The position numbers and the translations under genes were made by a program. From Rhodospirillales bacterium (GTDB lineage: Bacteria > Pseudomonadota > Alphaproteobacteria > Rhodospirillales > UBA2165): a stretch of DNA of 64,000 nt. The stretch spans positions 23,963 to 87,962 of the forward strand of contig JAJDXO010000057.1 in assembly GCA_022823235.1 (NCBI GenBank), in the 5' to 3' direction. Below the pieces are notes generated by a model. It was not told the DNA's origin. It was given only the letters and a program-made list of their open reading frames with translations, and did no database searches. Positions 58,075 to 64,000 of this stretch are shown here, one piece after another (within the stretch, counting starts at the first letter, position 1; every line of letters begins with the position of its first letter).

Positions 58075-59232
58075 TTACACGGTCGCCCCGGTCCCGAAAA
58101 TGGCCGTGACCTGAGACGACAGCTTGCCGCCGTTGCCGTTGCAGAGCGCGATCTCGGCGCCGTCGATCTGGCGGCCCTCGGCCTCGCCCCTCAGCTGCTC
58201 GACCGCTTCGGCGACGGTGAACAGGCCGTACATGCCCGGATGGACGCAGCTTAGTCCGCCGCCGTTCGTGTTGACCGGCAGGTGTCCGCCGGGCGCGATG
58301 GCGCCCGATTCCACCAGCGCGCCCCCCTCGCCCTTGGCGCAAAAGCCGAGATCCTCCAGAAACAGGATCGTGTTGATGGTGAAGGCGTCGTAGAACTCCA
58401 TCACGTCGATGTCGTCCCGAGAAATCCCGGCCATCCCGAACGCCCGGGGCGCCCCCTTGGCCACCGCGGTCACCGTGAGGTCCGGCATCTGCGCGATCTG
58501 GTCGTGGGTCACCCCCACGCCGATTCCCAGGAGATGGACCGGCGGCTTCGGGAAGTCCCCGGCCCTCTCGGACCGGACCATGACCACCGCCGCCCCGCCG
58601 TCCGAAACCAGACAGCAATCCAGCACGGTAAACGGATCGCAGATCATCCGGGCATTGGCCACGTCTTCGACGGTAATCGGCTCCCGCATCTCGGCGCGGG
58701 GGTTTTTCGCCGCCCACGCCCGGGCCGAGGTGGCGACCGAGGCCAGCTGTTCCCGCGTGGTGCCGAACTCGTGCATGTGGCGCGCCGCCGCCATGGCATA
58801 GGATCCGATGGGATTGCGGGGGCTATAGACGTCTTCGTAGGGCACCCGGCCCAACGGTCCCCTGGTCTGTCCGGCGCGCCCGCCCGACCGCGAGGTCGAG
58901 CCGTAGGCGATCAGCGCCACATTGCAAAGACCGGTCGCCAGCGCCATGGCCGCGGCCTGAACATGGCTGACGAATGTCGAGCCGCCGATATTGGTGCTGT
59001 CGAGAACCGCCGGGTCGATTCCCAGATATTCCGCCGCCTGGAGCGCCAGGAACGGGCTCGCGAAGTTGGAGACGAACAGCCCGTCCACATCCTTGACGGT
59101 CAGGCCGGCGTCCGAGAGCGCCCCGTGGGCCGCTTCCGCCATCACCTCCAGATGAGAGCGTTCGGGCAAGGTGCCGAACTCGGTGAGGCCAAGCCCGACG
59201 ATGGCCGCGGCGCCCCGCAGCATGTGCGCCAT
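58075..59232 (-). CDS. Thiolase (SCP-x/lipid-transfer type)
   Basis: DCCLVSDGG, YDAFT, LEDLGFC.KGEG, NTNGGGLS; starts at MAHMLRG (the ORF track extension to 60150 overlaps other genes). Confidence 0.88.
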   Translation of the reverse strand: MAHMLRGAAAIVGLGLTEFGTLPERSHLEVMAEAAHGALSDAGLTVKDVDGLFVSNFASPFLALQAAEYLGIDPAVLDSTNIGGSTFVSHVQAAAMALATGLCNVALIAYGSTSRSGGRAGQTRGPLGRVPYEDVYSPRNPIGSYAMAAARHMHEFGTTREQLASVATSARAWAAKNPRAEMREPITVEDVANARMICDPFTVLDCCLVSDGGAAVVMVRSERAGDFPKPPVHLLGIGVGVTHDQIAQMPDLTVTAVAKGAPRAFGMAGISRDDIDVMEFYDAFTINTILFLEDLGFCAKGEGGALVESGAIAPGGHLPVNTNGGGLSCVHPGMYGLFTVAEAVEQLRGEAEGRQIDGAEIALCNGNGGKLSSQVTAIFGTGATV

Positions 59233-59627
59233 CAGCCGGCCTCCGCCAACCGGAACAGGACGACCTTCTCCTCGTTCAGTTCGCCGATGAAGGCTTCCAC
59301 CGGCTGACCGATCCGGACCTCGTCGGGCGGCGTGTCCACGACCCGGCTGACGAGCCGCGGCCCTTCCTCCAGATCGACGAGACAGATGTTGTAATCGCCG
59401 CCCCTCTCCGGCCGCTGCCGGACGACGGTGGTCGAATAGACGGTGCCCCTGCCGGACGCCATCACCCAGCCGAGGTCCGTCGAGCCGCAGGCGGGGCAAA
59501 TCGCCCTGGGATAGAAGATGTGGGCCCCGCAGCCGCCGCACTTCTGGATTTGAAACGCGCCGTTCTCCAGCGCCGCCCGGTAAATGGCGTCGGGACCCGG
59601 GCTGTCGAAGGTCCGGTTGTCGCTCAT
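59232..59627 (-). CDS. Zn-ribbon/OB-fold protein (DUF35/ChsH2-like)
   Basis: CGGC...YPR..CPAC, SGRGTVYS, VDLEEGPR; coupled to the thiolase. Confidence 0.88.
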   Translation of the reverse strand: MSDNRTFDSPGPDAIYRAALENGAFQIQKCGGCGAHIFYPRAICPACGSTDLGWVMASGRGTVYSTTVVRQRPERGGDYNICLVDLEEGPRLVSRVVDTPPDEVRIGQPVEAFIGELNEEKVVLFRLAEAG

Positions 59628-59706
59628 ATTCGCCCCCCTTTTTGGCGGCCGGAGTTGACTCGACCGCCGGCCATGGCCAACTTTCTCCCGACAGGGTCCG
59701 AAAAAA

Positions 59707-60387
59707 ATGATCGATAAGCAATGCAAGAGTGCGGCGGAAGCCGTCGAGGGGATCGGGGACGGCGCCGTCATCCTGGTCGGCGGCTTCGGCCAGACGGGCG
59801 AGCCCATGGACCTCCTCGACGCCATCGCCGCCAGGGGTCTCAAGGACCTCACCATCGTCGCCAATGGCGGCGGGTCCGGCGAGCATGGCATCGGCAGGCT
59901 GCTGGCCGGCGGCTGCGTGCGGAAACTGGTGTGCTCGTTTCCACGGGTGCCGGGCTCCGTCGCCTTCGAGGAACTCTACGAGCAGCGGGCGATCGAGCTG
60001 GAGATCGTCCCCCAGGGCACCATCGCCGAACGGGTCCGGGCGGGCGGCGCGGGCATTCCCGCCTTCTACGTGCCGACCGGCGCCGGCACCGAACTCGCCG
60101 ACGGCAAGGAGCATCGCGAGTTTGAGGGCCGGACGTTCGTCATGGAACACGCGATCAAGGGCGACGTGGCGGTGATCAAGGCCGACCGCGCCGACCGCTG
60201 GGGAAATTTGACCTACAGGCTGTCAGCGCGGAATTTCAATCCGGTCATGGCCATGGGCGCCGGGCTGACCATCGCGCAGGTGGAGAAGTGCGTCCCCCTG
60301 GGCGAGATGGACCCGGAAACCATCGTCACGCCCAGCATCTTCGTCGACCGGGTGGTGGAAATTCCGGGCGGGGTGTCCAATGGCTGA
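59707..60387 (+). CDS. pcaI: 3-oxoacid CoA-transferase subunit A
   Basis: LVGGFG, CSFPR, PQGTIAER.RAGGAGIPAFY, DRWGNL, RNFNP. Confidence 0.85.
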   Translation: MIDKQCKSAAEAVEGIGDGAVILVGGFGQTGEPMDLLDAIAARGLKDLTIVANGGGSGEHGIGRLLAGGCVRKLVCSFPRVPGSVAFEELYEQRAIELEIVPQGTIAERVRAGGAGIPAFYVPTGAGTELADGKEHREFEGRTFVMEHAIKGDVAVIKADRADRWGNLTYRLSARNFNPVMAMGAGLTIAQVEKCVPLGEMDPETIVTPSIFVDRVVEIPGGVSNG

Positions 60388-61066
60388 CGGTTTGACGCGC
60401 AACCAGATGGCCTGGCGCCTCGGCCGGGATATCGCCGAGGGGTCGTACGTGAATTTGGGCGTCGGCATCCCGCTGCTGGTGCTCGATCATGCGCCGGGGG
60501 GCCGCGAGATCATCTTCCATTCGGAAAACGGCGTGCTCGGCATGAAGCCCAAGGACGAGACCGACGGCATATTGCCGGACGACCTCACCAATGCGGGCAA
60601 GCAGCCCGTATCGCTGGTGCCCGGTGCCGCCATGTTTCATCACGCCGACAGCTTCATCATGATCCGCGGCGGGCATGTGGATATCGCGGTTCTCGGCGCC
60701 TATCAGGTGGCCGAGAACGGCGACCTTGCCAACTGGCGGCTCCCCGGCTCCCCCACCGCGCCCGCCGTCGGCGGCGCGATGGACCTCGCCGCCGGGGCCA
60801 GGAACGTCTGGGCCATATGCGAGCACACCGGCAGGGACGGCGCGCCCAAGATCGTCCGCGAGTGCACGCTCCCCCTCACCGGGCCCGGGTCGGTGAACCG
60901 CATCTACACCGACCTCGCCATCATCGACGTCACCCCGGACGGCCTCGTGGTGCGGGAGAAAATCGAAACGCTGTCCCTGGAAGACCTACAGGCCCTGAGC
61001 GGCGCCCCGCTGACCCTGGCCAACGGCTGGCGGCCCCTGGAGGCGCCGGATTTGACGCCACACTAA
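60380..61066 (+). CDS. pcaJ: 3-oxoacid CoA-transferase subunit B
   Basis: VNLGVGIP, SENG (catalytic Glu), IRGGH, VGGAMDL, CTLPLTG. Confidence 0.85.
   Translation: MADGLTRNQMAWRLGRDIAEGSYVNLGVGIPLLVLDHAPGGREIIFHSENGVLGMKPKDETDGILPDDLTNAGKQPVSLVPGAAMFHHADSFIMIRGGHVDIAVLGAYQVAENGDLANWRLPGSPTAPAVGGAMDLAAGARNVWAICEHTGRDGAPKIVRECTLPLTGPGSVNRIYTDLAIIDVTPDGLVVREKIETLSLEDLQALSGAPLTLANGWRPLEAPDLTPH
61018..61047 (+). repeat. 30-bp perfect direct repeat, copy 1 (pcaJ 3' end)
   Basis: GGCCAACGGCTGGCGGCCCCTGGAGGCGCC, identical to 61673-61702. Confidence 0.95.
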
Positions 61067-61067
61067 G

Positions 61068-61535
61068 TCACTTCATCTTGCGGTAACCGGGAATCGCCGA
61101 AATTCCACCTTCGACGTTGACGTTTGTCCGGGCGCCGATGTTGAGGAACTGGCAGTTCAAAAATTCCTCCTCGGTTTCAAATAGTAGGTAACCATTGGGA
61201 TCGAATAAGGCACCCGGAAATCTCTTGAGATTGTTGTACCAGCATCCATCTCGATGGAAGAGTGACTGTCGCGCTCCGGCTCCCCACTCATCATTCAATT
61301 GAACACCAGAGTACATTCGGGTCCGCCGGTTGGAAATCGACCTTCCGTACCCGATTCTTGTGGTTTGGAGATGGGGGTTGATGGATGTCTCTTTCGATGT
61401 AGTTAATGGTGCCGTGACAACTTCATCCAAACCCAGTTCTCTCCGCAGAACAGAATTTGGAGAGTCTTCAAATGGTCGGGCCAATTTCTGAAGCTGAGAA
61501 TACACTTCATCATCAATTTCAATGTTATGCGTCAT
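61068..61535 (-). CDS. AT-rich hypothetical protein: SeqA-N/RHH-like N-terminus plus an unnamed C-terminal domain
   Basis: MTHNIEIDDEVYSQLQKLARPFEDSPNSVLRRELGL; C-terminal G.WY..L.RFPGALFDPNGY; visibly lower GC than the flanks. Confidence 0.75.
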   Translation of the reverse strand: MTHNIEIDDEVYSQLQKLARPFEDSPNSVLRRELGLDEVVTAPLTTSKETSINPHLQTTRIGYGRSISNRRTRMYSGVQLNDEWGAGARQSLFHRDGCWYNNLKRFPGALFDPNGYLLFETEEEFLNCQFLNIGARTNVNVEGGISAIPGYRKMK

Positions 61536-61558
61536 TGGAGCACCCCTACTACCGCCTC

Positions 61559-61639
61559 AGTAATTTACTACAGGCCTACGGGAACTTCAAGTAAATTACT
61601 ATATGGTCTAGTAAACGCCTTTCATAGAAGTAATTTACT
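61559..61639. promoter_or_regulatory. Three AGTAAWTTACT palindromic boxes
   Basis: Copies at 61559-61569, 61590-61600 and 61629-61639, directly upstream of the 61535 ATG. Confidence 0.7.
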
Positions 61640-61672
61640 GAAAACTCATAGGACATTTGAGATCACACGACC

Positions 61673-61702
61673 GGCCAACGGCTGGCGGCCCCTGGAGGCG
61701 CC
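61673..61702 (+). repeat. 30-bp perfect direct repeat, copy 2
   Basis: Identical to 61018-61047; continues ...GAC CTG TGA (ANGWRPLEAPDL*). Confidence 0.95.
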
Positions 61703-62005
61703 CGACCTGTGATGATCGACGCCAACGGGGAAATTTTCATCTGGATACCCCGGACCTGCGCCGGGTCGGTCAATTCGTCCGAATTGACCTTACATGACGG
61801 AATAGGGGGCTCCAACAACACCCGTCATGCCCCGCCCCACCGGACCGGCCTTCAGTCGGCCGAAGCCGACTTTCGGACGGCGTAGGCCGGCTTCGCCGAC
61901 CGGAGGACAAGCTCCGTGCGGGACATCACCGCAGGCCAAATGATCTCGGTTTTTCTCGACAATCGGTATGCTAGCATTGTGGTTACAAAACAGCGGCCTG
62001 ACGCG

Positions 62006-63616
62006 GTGTCTGATTACGATTACATCATTGTCGGGGCTGGTTCGGCGGGCTGCGTCCTCGCAAACCGGCTAAGCGAAGACCCCAAGACTCGTGTCCTGCT
62101 GCTGGAGGCGGGCGGCCCCGATCGTCATCCGCTCATTCCGGCGCCGCTGGCAATGCGGTTCGTCTCGCGCAATCCGAACCTGCTCTGGAATATCCGCACC
62201 GAACCCGAACCCTATTGCGACAACCGGGTGTTCGAGCCGCCCCGGGGCCGGGTGCTCGGCGGCACATCTTCGGTGAATGCGATGATCTATGCTCGCGGTC
62301 ATCCCGGCGATTATGACCAATGGCGTCAGTCGGGACTCGTGGGCTGGGGCTACGAAGACGTCCTGCCCTACTTCAAGAAATCCGAATGCCACTGGCAGGG
62401 TAGGAGCGAGTTTCACGGCGGTGATGGACCCCTTCGCGTGTCCCGGACCGGCGTGACCAATCCAATGCATGATCTGCTCAGCCGCTCGGCGGCGGCGGCG
62501 GGCGTTCCGCTGACCGAGGATTTTAATGGTGCCGAGCCCGAGGGGATTATGGTGCCGGATATGACGATCGCCGGCGGCAAGCGGTCTTCGACCGCGCGGA
62601 TGTTCCTTCGCCCGGCCTTACGGCGCAGGAATCTGACAATCGAAACCTGGGCGCGGGCGCACGGAGTGCTCATCGAGAACGGGCGAGCCGTCGGCGTCCG
62701 CTATGGGCGGAATGGCAGGATCGTGGATGTGGAGGCCGCCCGGGAAGTCGTGTTGGCCGGCGGTACATATATGTCGCCGCAGCTTCTGATGTTGTCGGGC
62801 ATCGGTCCCGCGGCGGAGCTGGACAAACATGGAATCGCTTGTGTTGCCGACCGGCCGGCCGTTGGGCAGGGCTTACAGGAACATGCCAATGCTTTCTTGG
62901 ATTTCCGGCTGTCCCGGCCCTTGTCCATGAACCGGCACTTACGCCTCGACCGGTTGGCCGGTTCCGTCGTTAGATGGCTGGCAAACGGCACCGGCCAGGT
63001 CGGTAACTTCCCGACCTCTTCGGTGGGTTTCCTTCGGGTTCATCCCGAGAGCGAGCGACCGGATGTAGAGATCATCGCCGTACCCATCTGGCAGGATGCC
63101 GATCCATGGTTTCCGGGCATCAAACGACCGGCGCCGGAACGCTACTCCATGCGGGTTTCACAAATGCATCCGAGAAGCCGGGGCAATGTGGGACTGCACT
63201 CCGCGGACCCTGAGGCACCGCCCAAGATCCAATGGAACCTGCTGCAGGACGAGTACGATCTCGTGACTTTGCGTGAAGGCCTGAAACTGGTGCGGCGCAT
63301 GTTCGCCGAGGAGCCGCTCCGAGGGGCGGTCGAGACCGAAGACAGCCCCGGCCGAGAAATATCCTCCGACGGCGAGATCGATTCCTGGCTGCGCGCCAAC
63401 TGCACGACGGCACAACATCCTGCGGGCACCTGCCGCATGGGCGCCGATAAGGATGCGGTCGTGGATAGCCGGCTTCGGGTGCGGGGGATCAGAGGGCTTC
63501 GAGTTGCCGATTGCTCCATCATGCCCTGGCTGGTGGGTGGAAACACCAACGCGCCGACCATCATGATTGCCGAGAAAGCGGTTGATCTATTGAGGCAAGG
63601 CGCCGATAGCGCCTAA
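62006..63616 (+). CDS. GMC oxidoreductase (choline dehydrogenase-like)
   Basis: [57 protein letters not shown]. Confidence 0.93.
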   Translation: MSDYDYIIVGAGSAGCVLANRLSEDPKTRVLLLEAGGPDRHPLIPAPLAMRFVSRNPNLLWNIRTEPEPYCDNRVFEPPRGRVLGGTSSVNAMIYARGHPGDYDQWRQSGLVGWGYEDVLPYFKKSECHWQGRSEFHGGDGPLRVSRTGVTNPMHDLLSRSAAAAGVPLTEDFNGAEPEGIMVPDMTIAGGKRSSTARMFLRPALRRRNLTIETWARAHGVLIENGRAVGVRYGRNGRIVDVEAAREVVLAGGTYMSPQLLMLSGIGPAAELDKHGIACVADRPAVGQGLQEHANAFLDFRLSRPLSMNRHLRLDRLAGSVVRWLANGTGQVGNFPTSSVGFLRVHPESERPDVEIIAVPIWQDADPWFPGIKRPAPERYSMRVSQMHPRSRGNVGLHSADPEAPPKIQWNLLQDEYDLVTLREGLKLVRRMFAEEPLRGAVETEDSPGREISSDGEIDSWLRANCTTAQHPAGTCRMGADKDAVVDSRLRVRGIRGLRVADCSIMPWLVGGNTNAPTIMIAEKAVDLLRQGADSA

Positions 63617-63723
63617 ATGCCCGGAGGGACAACTTCCGAGCTGGAAATCGGGCCTCACCCGGATATGTGAGGTAGCCCCAACATCGGCTATGGTTATTTC
63701 CATGAAACCTGGAGCAAGCAGCT

Positions 63724-64000
63724 TTGGCCAAAACCACCTTCGGAATCTTCGACCATATTGAAGGCATCCCGGGAACGTCCACGCAGCAATTGTTACTTGA
63801 CCGGCTGAATATCATAAAGAAGGCCGATGCGGCCGGCTTTGCGGGCCTTTACTTCGCCGAGCACCACGGAACCGATCTCTGTCTGGTCCCCAACCAGGAT
63901 TTGATCATCGCGGCCGCCTCGCAGGTCACCACCGCTATTCGAATGGGGCCAATGGTCAAACTGCTGCCCCTGCACAATCCAGTCCGGGTCATTGAGGATC
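63724..64000 (+). CDS. LLM-class flavin-dependent oxidoreductase, 5' part (runs off the window)
   Basis: Manual translation from TTG: MAKTTFGIFDH...AGF..LYFAEHH...AAASQVTTAIRMG...LPLHNPVRVIED; GGAG RBS upstream. Confidence 0.8.
   Translation, partial: MAKTTFGIFDHIEGIPGTSTQQLLLDRLNIIKKADAAGFAGLYFAEHHGTDLCLVPNQDLIIAAASQVTTAIRMGPMVKLLPLHNPVRVIED

Noticed and set aside
59233-60150. Apparent 691-aa thiolase fusion
   Set aside because: The extension overlaps the DUF35 gene and the divergent pcaI; thiolase motifs begin at 59232.
61559-61639. Mini-CRISPR array
   Set aside because: Repeats are only 11 bp with unequal 20- and 28-bp gaps and no cas genes; they fit operator sites better.
1-64000. Integrase, transposase, tRNA or rRNA genes
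   Set aside because: None recognised anywhere in the window.

Overview
GC-rich bacterial DNA, most likely alphaproteobacterial (inferred from DUF3775, the large NAD-glutamate dehydrogenase and the palindromic intergenic repeats). About 1-46.7 kb is one very large cell-surface glycan (LPS/O-antigen/EPS) locus. A divergent WaaL-like ligase is followed by a marR-rfaH head carrying twin GTTCA-N5-TGAAC boxes over the promoter and a hairpin-embedded ops site. About 40 mostly co-directional genes follow: three cytidylyltransferases, NeuB, a KdnB-like oxidoreductase with an aminotransferase, an HpcH aldolase, a C-domain-less pyruvate kinase, two radical SAM enzymes, a sulfotransferase, an AroB-like sugar-phosphate cyclase, a sugar C-methyltransferase, a GT2-Zn-dehydrogenase fusion and three large orphan transferases. 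From 46.7 kb the window is mostly housekeeping or catabolic (purH, GmhA-like SIS, MFS, NAD-GDH, thiolase/DUF35, pcaIJ-like, GMC, LLM). Two single-gene cassettes with no integrase are each bracketed by a duplicated 3' end of the upstream gene (29.1-30.2 kb and 61.0-61.7 kb). The second is AT-rich and has three AGTAAWTTACT palindromes in front of a SeqA-N-like protein. All product calls come from recognising motifs by eye; no searches were run.
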